Below, piece by piece: positions 1 to 10,705 of a stretch of 64,000 nt of DNA. Below the pieces are notes generated by a model. The model was given only the letters and a program-made list of their open reading frames with translations, was not told the DNA's origin and made no database searches. A program made the position numbers and the translations under genes. Source of the stretch: Tetramitus jugosus (lineage: Eukaryota; Protista; Heterolobosea). The stretch's first letter is position 1; each line of letters opens with the position of its first letter. The stretch lies in NCBI GenBank assembly GCA_937625935.1, contig OW569382.1:310001-374000 (forward strand), in the 5' to 3' direction.

Positions 1-35
1 GTTCTAACTTTATGTTAACGTCACAAATTCAATAG

Positions 36-3000
36 ACCTTTATTGGATCCTTAGTGGTATCATTTAATCCATTCAAATGGACAATCCCTTCGTACCAAGA
101 TGATCAGATGGTAAACTATATTCAACGGAAAAAGACACTACCTCATGCTTGGTCTGTTGCAGATAGAGCATTCAGAGACATGGTCGAAGGAAATGGTAAC
201 CAAACAATGTTGGTTTCCGGGGAATCAGGGGCAGGCAAAACGGAGGCGTGCAAGACAGTAATCAAATATTTGAGTGAGTTGAGTTGTAGTATGACAACAG
301 ATGAAGCCATTAAGACAACAGCTTCCAACATTGCCCAGAGAATTCAAGAGTCTTCTCCAATTTTGGAAGCTTTTGGAAACGCAAAGACAAAAAACAATGA
401 CAATTCATCTCGCTTTGGTAAGTTTATCAAACTCCAGTTTGATAGAAATGGAATTATCTTGGGAGCGGATATCGTGAATTACCTACTGGAGAAATCTCGT
501 CTGATTATGCAAGGTCCCAATGAGAGGGGTTATCATGTCTTTTACCAACTGTTAGCTGGTGCCACTCCTGAGGAGAAGGCCAAACTGAAATTGACTTGTC
601 CCGAAGATTTTGTCTGTGTGATGAAGGGTCAGTGCACAAGGATTGACGGAGTCGATGATGAAGCAGATTATAAACACGTTCGCAACGCTATGAACATTGT
701 GGGTATGACAGAACAGGAACAAGAAGCAATTTTTAGAGTTGTAGCATCCATTTTACATTTACAGAACATCACATTTGCAGGGAGAGAAGATGCTTCGGTT
801 GTAGAGAACGAAAACGTACTTGCTACAGCTGCTGACTTGTTGATGATTGATAAGGAGGGTCTGCGTTCAGCCCTGACAACAAAAACATACACTATTATGA
901 ATAAGGAATACACATCTCCCTTAATGCCGGACAAAGCTTCAGACTCTAGAGATGCTCTATCCAAAAGTTTATACGATAATATGTTCAATTGGATTATTTG
1001 GAAGATTAACGAGAGAATTTGTGCGAAGGAGTTCGATAGGTTTATTGGATTACTCGACATTTTTGGATTTGAAATGTTTGAAGTCAACAGTTTCGAACAG
1101 TTCTGTATCAATTTCGCGAATGAGTCACTTCAAGGTCATTATAATGCTTACACTTTTAAGAGAGACAAAGAAGAATGTATTGCTGAAGGAATTGACACAA
1201 AAGATGTTTCATTCAGAGATAATCAGCCCTGTATTGATCTGATTCAAGGAAAGTTTGGCATCTTGTCTATGCTTGATGAACAAAGCAATTTTCCAAAGGC
1301 GACAGATATGACCTTCTTAGAGAAGTTAAAGAAGAATTTTGAAAAGAAACATCCATTCTTCCACATGGATCCTCGAAAGAGAGAAGAATTTATCATAGAA
1401 CATTTTGCTGGTAAGGTTGAGTATAATGTCTCCCAATGGCTGGAGAAAAATCGTGACTTGTTAAAGCCGGACTTAATCACTCTAATGAGTTCAAGCAAGT
1501 GTGCTTTTGTCAGCAAACTGATTCCAGACCAAATCGATGGCAAGAAGTTAACAGTAGCAGGATCATTTAAAAAACAACTACTTGATTTATTGGGTGTAAT
1601 TAATTCTACCAACCCTCACTGGATTCGATGTATCAAACCTCATCCCGCAAAGAAGCCTAATATGTTCAGTAGACCAAATGTCATGTCCCAACTGAGATCT
1701 TCAGGAGTTCTCGAAACCATTCGGATCAGAAGAGAGGGTTATAGCGCTCGAATTTTGCTTCAAGAGTTCTGGAAACGGTACCGTATTTTGATAGACGAAT
1801 CAACCACGAATGATTACAGAGCTTCCTGTATCCGCATTATCGAGAAGGTTAAATTCGACAAAGTTAAAGCTCAGATTGGAAAGACCAAAGTATTCTTGAG
1901 ATCCTATGCCTATGCTGAGATTGAACAACTCAAGAACTTAAAACTCCTCAAATCAATTAAGACTCTACAGAGATTCACTCGAGGATGGTTAGCTAGAAAG
2001 AGAGTCTGGTTAATACGAGAAGACCTTAGGTTGAAGCAGGAACAAATCGAATATGAGCTTTATAAGGAGGAACTGCTTCGTCTCGAAAGAGAACGAGAAG
2101 AAAGAGAAAGAGTGGAGAGAGAAAGGCGTGCGAGAGAGGAGGCAGAAAGAAGAAGACTCGAAGAGTTGAGAAGAATTGAAGAGGAAAGACTCCTGAGAGA
2201 GAAGGAGGAGAGAGATAGAATCGAACGAGAACGGAGAGAAATGGAAGAGCGGGAGAAAATGAAATTGGAGGAACTAAGACAAAGACAAGCAGACAGATTA
2301 GCAGAGCTACAAAAATTAGAGCTCGAATTGAAGGAAAAGGAAAGACGCGAGGAGGAAAAGATGGCAGAGGAGAGGAGAAGAGTCGAAGAAGAGATTCGCC
2401 TACAAGAACTCGAGGAGATGGAGCGAAGAAGAGAAGAAATAATGATGAAAGAGAGATTGAGAGTTGAGCAAGAGAAAGAGGACCGAATCTTAGCTCGGCG
2501 CAAGGCATTTGAAAAGCGTCAAAAGGACGCCGAAATGGCTCATCAGAAGAGTCAGCTTAGGAAAGAAGAAGCTGTTAAGAGACTAGAAGAAGAAACAGAA
2601 ATTCGAAGATTAAGAGATACTGAACTTCAAAATCTAGCCCTCCTTGCTCAAGAAAAACTCGAGAGGGAAAAGAGAGCTTGGGAAGAAGAAGAATGGAGAA
2701 AGCTTGAATACGAACTCTTAATCGAGGAGCACAGAAAGGAGGAGAAGATATTGTATGAACGAGAGAAGATTAAACGAATTAAGAATGCCCAAGAAAATAG
2801 AAAGAACAGCCTCGCTGAAAAAACTCGCCAACTCCATGAGAAGATGACTCGAGCAGAGAGAAGGAAGGCGATAATTCACGCAGAAAAGGAGGCCTTTCTC
2901 CAATCAGAGATGGAGAAAAAGGAGGATAGAAGAAGAGAGTTGGAGAGAAGAAAACAAGAACAGGAGGTTTCTTTAATGGAGAAGCAAGCCCAGCTACAGT

Positions 3001-3554
3001 GGGAGATTGATAAAGAAAAGAGAAGAATAGAAATGAGAGCTGAATTGAAACAGAAAATGCAGAATGAGAAGGTGAAGGAATTGTGGCGAGTAGCCGAGAT
3101 TCAGAAGAACACCCTCCAAAATAGAGAAAAGGATGAAAAAGATCAGACAGTTCTCGAAGCTGAGCTGCGGAGAGAGTTTGACGAGTTGCGTAAGTCTCTC
3201 TATTCAGGAAGGGACAGTATTAAGAGTGCAAATCAATATCGAGCTGGACTGGTTAAGAAAGAACAGCAAGACTACGAAGAACAACTCATCAAGCTAAAGA
3301 AGAAGATTTCTGGTGTGTTGAGTACGAGTATGGGCAGTGGCAGTTCTTCTCCAATTCGTTCTCGAAGTTCCTCTCCCATGGCTCAGAACGCCAGTATTTT
3401 TATCACACGCGCTGCTCAAGGCTCTCCACAACCTACAAGACCAACAAGCGCTGGATCATTCAGTTCTTCTCCTTCAAGAAGTTCGAGAGGCTCATTCATA
3501 GCAACTCCAAAAGCAAAACCAGGTTCATTCTCGAATTTGTACCGAATGCCTTGA
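36..3554 (+). CDS. Myosin heavy chain (motor domain, IQ motif, long E/R/K-rich helical tail); 5' exons lie outside the window
   Basis: P-loop GESGAGKT, LEAFGNAKT-NDNSSRFGK, LLDIFGFE, NSFEQFCIN, HFAGKVEY, IRCIKP motifs; IQ-like LQRFTRGWLAR. Bases 1-35 look like an intron end (CTAAC, then TAG at 33-35) and the exon opens TFIGSLVVSFNP in frame with the ORF at 54. Confidence 0.95.
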   Translation, partial: TFIGSLVVSFNPFKWTIPSYQDDQMVNYIQRKKTLPHAWSVADRAFRDMVEGNGNQTMLVSGESGAGKTEACKTVIKYLSELSCSMTTDEAIKTTASNIAQRIQESSPILEAFGNAKTKNNDNSSRFGKFIKLQFDRNGIILGADIVNYLLEKSRLIMQGPNERGYHVFYQLLAGATPEEKAKLKLTCPEDFVCVMKGQCTRIDGVDDEADYKHVRNAMNIVGMTEQEQEAIFRVVASILHLQNITFAGREDASVVENENVLATAADLLMIDKEGLRSALTTKTYTIMNKEYTSPLMPDKASDSRDALSKSLYDNMFNWIIWKINERICAKEFDRFIGLLDIFGFEMFEVNSFEQFCINFANESLQGHYNAYTFKRDKEECIAEGIDTKDVSFRDNQPCIDLIQGKFGILSMLDEQSNFPKATDMTFLEKLKKNFEKKHPFFHMDPRKREEFIIEHFAGKVEYNVSQWLEKNRDLLKPDLITLMSSSKCAFVSKLIPDQIDGKKLTVAGSFKKQLLDLLGVINSTNPHWIRCIKPHPAKKPNMFSRPNVMSQLRSSGVLETIRIRREGYSARILLQEFWKRYRILIDESTTNDYRASCIRIIEKVKFDKVKAQIGKTKVFLRSYAYAEIEQLKNLKLLKSIKTLQRFTRGWLARKRVWLIREDLRLKQEQIEYELYKEELLRLEREREERERVERERRAREEAERRRLEELRRIEEERLLREKEERDRIERERREMEEREKMKLEELRQRQADRLAELQKLELELKEKERREEEKMAEERRRVEEEIRLQELEEMERRREEIMMKERLRVEQEKEDRILARRKAFEKRQKDAEMAHQKSQLRKEEAVKRLEEETEIRRLRDTELQNLALLAQEKLEREKRAWEEEEWRKLEYELLIEEHRKEEKILYEREKIKRIKNAQENRKNSLAEKTRQLHEKMTRAERRKAIIHAEKEAFLQSEMEKKEDRRRELERRKQEQEVSLMEKQAQLQWEIDKEKRRIEMRAELKQKMQNEKVKELWRVAEIQKNTLQNREKDEKDQTVLEAELRREFDELRKSLYSGRDSIKSANQYRAGLVKKEQQDYEEQLIKLKKKISGVLSTSMGSGSSSPIRSRSSSPMAQNASIFITRAAQGSPQPTRPTSAGSFSSSPSRSSRGSFIATPKAKPGSFSNLYRMP

Positions 3555-3609
3555 ATTAGGAGGATTTATAAATCTTATTGCCTCATTCATGAAGAAGAAT
3601 TAAATTAAT

Positions 3610-6600
3610 TTACTGTGCCATACGTGTGAACAAATAGCCAGGAACAAAGGATTCTAGTGCCTTTTCGGTTGTTGTGTTCGAATACTTGCATATTAATTGC
3701 AAGAAGCGCAATACAAGTGCCACATTTTCTGGTATCTCTGCCTTCTTGCTAGCCACATCGACAACATCTACACTCGCCCTGACAAATTGACCCATGTATG
3801 CAAGGAAGAGTTCGCGTTCAGATCTATGGAATTGTCTGAGTATCGTTGTTATTCCGACAATGAATGGAACACCATCCAAGGAATCATCCTTTTGTCTTCT
3901 GCTGACTATACAATCAATGTTCTTGTCATAGACAAAACGAGGCAATTGTGCAATTACGAACAAAAATAGTACAAGACCAATGTGGGGCATTGCCTCAGAC
4001 GTGATATAAATCTTTTCAAAGGGATTGATCATACCTGATGTCTCCAGATATTGAGAGAGTTCTGGCAACAAAGGATTATCTGGACTTGGGTGAGGCTTTG
4101 TAGTAGGCTTACGGAAGTGATCATGGACATCATTTAACAGTGACTTGTTAATTGCATCTAGAGACAGCGACAAGAGATTTGCATTCAATTTGGAAGAGAA
4201 CTGTCATGGTGTAGAAGTAAAAATTGTGGTCAGTCTTATGAAGTACAAAACAAAACGTGATGAGAAAAACAATAAAGAGAGCACATACATTAAGCTCACT
4301 GGCAATATGCTTCCTGATAAGCTGAATTCTTCCAAGTTTGATAACAGTAGTCTCTAACAAAGGCCATAGCTTGGTCAATTTCGAAATGACTTGCGGATAG
4401 GATCTCATAAGCCCGTTTGGAAGACGATTTGGAGGACCAGAGAATTGTACAAAAGTGTCCAACTCCTTTTTCACCACAAGATTTTTGACAATATCTTGCT
4501 GGAAGCTCTTGTTGAAACGCTCGAGATTGGTGACGTTAATGAAAGATAGGAGAGTATCGATTCCACGAAGACCAAATGTTCCCAAGGAATGATGAAGCAG
4601 AGAGAACGTGTTGATTCCAACAATTTCGTTACCTGCCACATCGAACCATCCACTCATCGTATCGATATAGATGGACTTTTTGGAGTCTGTTTGACCCAAA
4701 ATTTCATTCACCACTCTGCCCATAAAGTTGTTCGCCTTGTCATCGAGTGAAGAAAACTTGGGAATTGGAATGACATTTGATTGATAGGAAGACTGCCAGT
4801 CAAACACCTTTCGCTTCAAGAAACGATTGCATTCCTGTTCCACGTTATAGTTGATAATTCTAGAGAACTCTTCTTGCCAGATCTTCAGACCATACACATT
4901 GACATAATCTTGAATATATTCAAAACTTCTCAGCATACCCTGTAATTTGGCTGCAAGGGAGTTCAATTTCTCTTCAAAGTCCATCAATTTTCCAGTCTTG
5001 AAAACAAGATTGTTCTCAAGAGCAACAGCAATCTGTCTTACAAGTTCCTTTCGAATACCATCCTCCAACAGTTGCTTTGGATCAATTTCAACCACACCCA
5101 TCAATGTTTTCTTCATGGCCAAAATACCCTCCGTGTATTTACTAACTTCGTATGTCGCACTGGCCAACTCGTATCTGTCATCCAATTGAGCAAACTCCTT
5201 CATTTGATCACGAGGCAGACGTGTTGGAATCTCACGCATCTTGTTGGTTTGAAGATCAATAATCTTGTTCAAGATGGAGAACATACTCATTGGAATAATT
5301 TCCAGTGTTCTTCTGACAAATGCCACCAACTCTGAGGAGTAGTACTGAGACACACTAACAATATCAGTGCTCTTGGCTTGAGAGATACGAACAAGTGGAA
5401 GTTCGAGCATACTGGCCAACTTGAGGAAAGTGGAACGAATCTTGATAATGAGACCAGGGTCCTTCTTGATTCTCTTTTGCATAGAATCAACATAGTCATT
5501 GATAATTTCCCATGCATATGAAACATCTGAAATGGTAGCAATAGTCACCATGACAGCCTCCTTAATATTCACATAACGAATCATCTTCTTCAAAAGAAGT
5601 CGCGTATCACTCAGAAACTGTTTGACTTGCAAACTACTTTCAATCTGATGGAACTCCTCAACTTCTTCGAGCGCTGTATTCAATTGTTGAATCTTACGGC
5701 CCGCTAGGGTAGAATCATGATAATCCAATTCGTCAATCTTTGATGCTATATTGTTGAACCATGATTGTAACTGTTCATCCTTCACCTTTGTAAGTGCTTT
5801 CTCACCACTGAAATACTCTGATAGTTCGGTCATTCTCTGTTTTGCATCATTCTTACAATCCGTCCATTTGCTCTCCTTTTGATCCAACAATTCTTGGAAA
5901 ATATTCTTGAGCACAAATTCAAATTGTGAAGTGTTCAACAACAACAGAAGAATGTCCTCAGGATCAGCACCAATCTTCGGATCATGGACCGTATCATATA
6001 TCTTCTTCTGCTCGGATTTTCTATGTAGAATCAACCACCGCAAACACACATTGCAATTTCTCAAACAGTTCAACAGTTTGTTAATATTGTCCAAAATATA
6101 TTCCTCTGTTAAAAATCCTTCAGTTAGGAAACCGTTGACCTCTTTAATCAACTGGTGGACAGCCTCGCTGTGCCTAACAGTCAAATCACGAACGAGAATG
6201 GGCTGTGTGGTGTTCTTTATAGCCATATTCGCAGCTTTAAAGTACTGCCAAACAACACTCAAATCAACAGTGAATCCCATATAGTACGAAATGACCCAAT
6301 TATCAGGGAAATGCTTATCTACAATTTCTCTCATAATCGCCTCCTCCTTCAACAAAATGTTCGGCATAAAAAAGAGAATCACATAGAGCATTCCGGCCTG
6401 ATTCGACAGAGCAACACTTCGGTGCTGAGGCAACGGATAATAACTCGTCTGAAGATAAATATCATCACTTCTCAATCTTCCAATAATCATACTAATGACA
6501 TTCTCTGGCAACTTGAAACGAGCAAAATAGTCCAATGGGTAATTGTCGAGTTGAAAATTCTTGAATCGTAATTTTCGCTCCTTTGGTGACAATTGTTCTT

Positions 6601-7326
6601 CCATGTGAGGTGGCAAATAACCCGTGTTTCTGCAAAGCTTACAAATTTCATCAATGTTTGGAATTTCTCCAGCTCCCTTGTAACGATAGTAGGAAATGAG
6701 CATTCGTTCACGCACAATACCAGGAATCTTCATGTCCAACAACAGTAGCATCACACCATAGAGATGCAATGCTTCAGCAAGCAATTGTTTTCCGTCTTGA
6801 TTCACCAAAATGCTCTATCGATCAAAACAAAAAAATGGCACATACACACAAAAGTGGCATGAGAAAGGAAAATCATTGTTAGCTTTCAAAAAACAACAAA
6901 CAACATTAATAACACATGATCCATCATGCGTGAATGACTCACCTCAAACGTTTGCTGAATAAACAACACTCCATTCTCCAAATCCGTCAAAAACTTTACA
7001 AAATCCTTGACGTACTTGTAAATATTTTCAAAAAGCATATAAAAACGCTCTAGAATAGCCATGTGAGCATCTCTAAACTCATCATCCAAATCAAGCAGAG
7101 CAGAACTTGATTCAATTTTGCCTTCAAACGCATCTGCTTGTTTGAGGTACTTGAAATCGAACAAGACATCAGCGTACTTTATCATTTGCTTGTTTGATTC
7201 ATCCAAATAGAATACAGAGGGAATGTGATTGGAAAGACGCAAAAGCTCAGCAATGATGGCGTTACCACGACTCACGAGACGCAATATCGTTTGACCACAG
7301 TGATTGGTCTCGCTCAGAAAGTCCAT
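3610..7326 (-). CDS. WASHC5: Strumpellin / WASH complex subunit 5; three exons 7326-6943, 6814-4289, 4200-3610
   Basis: N-terminal MDFLSETNHCGQTILRLVSRGNAIIAELLRLS, MREIVDKHFPDNWV, LLEDGIRKELV and C-terminal DGVPFIVGITTILRQFH. The three ORFs join in frame across GTGAGT...TAG and GTATGT...CAG introns. Confidence 0.93.
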
Positions 7327-7553
7327 TGTCAATGTTTGTTGTTGTGAAAAAGCTTTTTCGTGTTGTTGTTTGTTTTGGAGAGTGAGAACGAATTTTTCCT
7401 ACTGGGGAGATAATTTGCCGCCTTCCAACATGAAGAAACTTACAAGGTTGATGGTTCAATCAATCTGATCGGATTTTCAATAACCGCGATACTGCGACAT
7501 CCAAAGATCTTTGAGCAAAAACAACAATCAAAACACTAAACTGACATTATATC

Positions 7554-8699
7554 ATGTTGAAGAGATCCACCGGCCTGATCAACCAATTCTCACGCACCAG
7601 AAGACACTACTCCACCTCAGCTGCTGCTGAACCAGAGGTACTCATCAAGCAAAACATTGATGGAACGAACACAACTGTTCTGGAGCTCAACCGACCAAAG
7701 GCACTCAATGCATTGAACCTCAACATGGTTCAATTGATGACACCAAGCTATCAAAATGCTCAAAACTCAAAATTGTTTATTCTCAAGAGCTCTCCTGCTC
7801 AACAGAAAGCTTTCTGCGCCGGTGGTGACATCAAGGACATTTTCTACACCAAGAATGCACAATTTTTCGATGAGGAATACAAATTGGACAACTTGATTGG
7901 TTCATTGAGTGTGCCACACGTGTCATTGATTGATGGAATTACAATGGGAGGTGGCGTAGGTCTCTCTGTTCACGGCAGCACAAGAATTGCAACTGAACAC
8001 ACGACTTTTGCCATGCCAGAGACTCAAATTGGATTCTTTTGTGATGTTGGTGGTGGATACTTTTTGCCTCGATTGCACAATGGAATGGGCATGTGGTTAG
8101 CTCTCTCTGGAGCTCGATTGAAGGGTCAACAAGTCACTGCTGCCGGTGTTGCCACTCATTTTGTTCCAAGAGAGAAATTGGCAGAGTTGGAACAATTTTT
8201 GAAGACTGAGGCAAACAAGGGAAAGTTGACCAGAGATAATGTGAACTCTGCAATTGATAGTGCATTTCCGCAGGACCGATCTGCTTACTCTGCCACCATT
8301 GAAGATCAAGATGCGATTGCCCACATTTTCAGTCAACCATCCGTGAAGCAAATCTATGAGACACTCAACAAGTCTACACATGCAAAGTTTGCTGAGAAGA
8401 CATTGGCTCAATTGAACAAGATGTCACCTACTTCATTGCGGGTCGTTCACAGACAAATGGTTCTAGGTGCACACTTGAACTTGGAACAAGTGTTTGATAT
8501 GGAGAGAGGCATTGCACATCAAATGCTCAAACAACACGACTTCTTTGAGGGTGTTCGATCCTTGTTGGTTGACAAGGACAACAAATTTGCATGGCAACCA
8601 GCCAACTTGAGTGACGTCAAGCGCTCTGACATTGATGCCTACTTTACCCACGTTCCTTCCTCCATTCAGAGCAAGGTACCATCAGGTGAAGAGTTCTAA
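7554..8699 (+). CDS. HIBCH: 3-hydroxyisobutyryl-CoA hydrolase, mitochondrial (crotonase family)
   Basis: LNRPKALNALN, AFCAGGDI, GITMGGGVGLS, FAMPETQIGF, DFFEGVRSLLVDKD; Arg/Ser-rich N-terminal presequence. Confidence 0.92.
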   Translation: MLKRSTGLINQFSRTRRHYSTSAAAEPEVLIKQNIDGTNTTVLELNRPKALNALNLNMVQLMTPSYQNAQNSKLFILKSSPAQQKAFCAGGDIKDIFYTKNAQFFDEEYKLDNLIGSLSVPHVSLIDGITMGGGVGLSVHGSTRIATEHTTFAMPETQIGFFCDVGGGYFLPRLHNGMGMWLALSGARLKGQQVTAAGVATHFVPREKLAELEQFLKTEANKGKLTRDNVNSAIDSAFPQDRSAYSATIEDQDAIAHIFSQPSVKQIYETLNKSTHAKFAEKTLAQLNKMSPTSLRVVHRQMVLGAHLNLEQVFDMERGIAHQMLKQHDFFEGVRSLLVDKDNKFAWQPANLSDVKRSDIDAYFTHVPSSIQSKVPSGEEF

Positions 8700-8796
8700 A
8701 CTATTCCAATATGGAATTCCAAACAAGCTTGGAATAACACAACAAAAATAAACACACAACAAAGGACGAAAAGCTCACACAGCGAAAAAAAACAAC

Positions 8797-9819
8797 ATGT
8801 CACTGAGTGCCACAAACAATGAACTGGATGAGTACATTTCTCCACACAGTGACAACGAAATTGATCACATCAACTATGGAGACGATGACGATGATTATGA
8901 TCCTGCTCTCATCATGACATCATCATCATCAATGTCATCAGGAGCACCACAAAAAAAGGCATCACCTCAGCAACAACAGCAACAACATTTTGATGAGAAT
9001 GTGAACAGCAGAAAGAGAAGCAAATCCTATCACCTCAAAAAATTAACGTCCGTTCTGCCGTCTGTTCTTCCGTCTTCGATTCGCGCCAATCTCTCTCAAA
9101 AATTTCCCGCCACTTTTTACTACAGCTCAAAAAATCGCGCGGATGCAGATGAAGAATATGAACAGCAACACAGTGACTTGTTGGAAGAACATGCCATTAC
9201 TGTTCACGTTTCCAACTCTCCACCATCATCCAATGATCAAGCAACAACCACAACAACAACAACAACATCATCCATAGCTAGCAAGCAACAACAAGAGGTG
9301 AGCACACCTCAGCTCATTAGACTCAAACGCTTCTTTATCATTCCATTCTCACTGGGCACACTTGGCTTAAGCTTAATTGTTCTTTCACTCATGGTTTGGC
9401 TCATTCAAGGCATCAGAGACAAGAAATGGTTCATTAGCTTATTCTCCTGGACAAGCTTTATCATTGGTTTCATCTTGTGCACTGTGGGTACTGTTGTAGC
9501 TTTTGTCTTGTTCAAGAGAATGAAAGTGTTGAAACAAGAGGCTGAATCCTTGGGTATTCAACAATTTTTAAAGTCAATTGATGAGTTGATGGCCAATGAT
9601 ATCAATCGGAATCCAAATCTCAGTGTCTCAAGAGAGATTGAAAAAACAATAGAGTGCTTGCAGTGGGCAGATTCCTTTTCAGAGGAACTATTGAAGAGAC
9701 ATGACTTGGATTTGCATATTGTTCATTTGCAAATTTGGTCGCGGCTTGCTATTCTCTATGATCGTATCGAAGATTATGAAAACTCTCAAAAGTATACGGA
9801 CATGTGTGAGCGAGCATAA
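8797..9819 (+). CDS. Hypothetical protein with low-complexity N-terminus and two transmembrane segments
   Basis: 340-aa ATG-initiated ORF; hydrophobic runs FFIIPFSLGTLGLSLIVLSLMVWLI and FISLFSWTSFIIGFILCTVGTVVAFVLF. Confidence 0.65.
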   Translation: MSLSATNNELDEYISPHSDNEIDHINYGDDDDDYDPALIMTSSSSMSSGAPQKKASPQQQQQQHFDENVNSRKRSKSYHLKKLTSVLPSVLPSSIRANLSQKFPATFYYSSKNRADADEEYEQQHSDLLEEHAITVHVSNSPPSSNDQATTTTTTTTSSIASKQQQEVSTPQLIRLKRFFIIPFSLGTLGLSLIVLSLMVWLIQGIRDKKWFISLFSWTSFIIGFILCTVGTVVAFVLFKRMKVLKQEAESLGIQQFLKSIDELMANDINRNPNLSVSREIEKTIECLQWADSFSEELLKRHDLDLHIVHLQIWSRLAILYDRIEDYENSQKYTDMCERA

Positions 9820-9960
9820 AGATCATTAATAAAGTTCAACAGAGGTCACAAGTTTTAGCTCCTAAACCTCACAAGCGTGACTTGATTCTCCGATTTCAGA
9901 TCTGAAAAACAAGAAAAACGAAGAACAAAAAACAAGAAAAACGAATCGATATCGAACAAT

Positions 9961-10635
9961 ATGAGCACTGAAGCAACACTCTCTTTTCCTTCATTACTCG
10001 AAGAGCACAATGTCACAATCAAGAAACCCATGATGGGTCGACAAGCCGTCCAGAGACAACCTTCAATCGGAGACTATCAGAGAATCGTGTCACCCGAATC
10101 CATTTCACTGCCTGATGACTTTTTGCACTTTTTGGTTCAAGTGGGACCTGGTACACTAGGCAACGTTCGTATCTTTGGTGTCACTCAACCAATCTCACAA
10201 TTTGACTTTCGATTCCATTCGCATCGTCTCAACCAGAAGCGTCAATCCAGTCTGAATGAACTACTAAAGGAATCCTCATTGGCATCGTCATTCGAATCTC
10301 AAGTGCGCCCACTTGTTTTCTTTGCACAGGACGCGAATCAAGAAGATTTGTGGTACGCGTATAAACAGCCAAAGAATAGCGAAGATGAAGCAAGTGTAAA
10401 CTATGATGATATTTTTGTGATTGATACGGATGAGGAGGCAGCAATGTTACCACCACAGAGAATATGCAAAAAGGGATTTGAGCAGTTTGTGCGGGAGGTT
10501 TGTCTGGGAAATCGTTTGGCTGACAAGGATATCGTCAGTACAAAGGTACTAAGAGAGCAGAGCGAGCGAGATTATGAGAGTGAAGAGGAAGACCCGGGAC
10601 GAGTGTTTAGCTTCTTGCCATTCAGTCAACCATAG
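9961..10635 (+). CDS. SMI1/KNR4 (SUKH)-like domain protein
   Basis: ISLPDDFLHFLVQVGPG resembles the LPxDY/FxxFL-xxx-G core; LVFFAQDANQEDLWYAY resembles the hh-F-A-x-D hairpin of SUKH domains; FEQFVRE near the end. Confidence 0.55.
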   Translation: MSTEATLSFPSLLEEHNVTIKKPMMGRQAVQRQPSIGDYQRIVSPESISLPDDFLHFLVQVGPGTLGNVRIFGVTQPISQFDFRFHSHRLNQKRQSSLNELLKESSLASSFESQVRPLVFFAQDANQEDLWYAYKQPKNSEDEASVNYDDIFVIDTDEEAAMLPPQRICKKGFEQFVREVCLGNRLADKDIVSTKVLREQSERDYESEEEDPGRVFSFLPFSQP

Positions 10636-10705
10636 TTATTAAGTCATTTGAGTCGAACTAGAGAAAGAAAAAAATATTTATTGCAGGAATAAATTTGATG
10701 TGTCC

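Noticed and set aside
2026-2508. Long antisense or overlapping ORFs (for example 2026-2508, 17901-18623, 18527-19123, 23024-23578, 34359-34772)
   Set aside because: Shadow frames of well-supported genes or element ORFs on the opposite strand, with no independent motifs.
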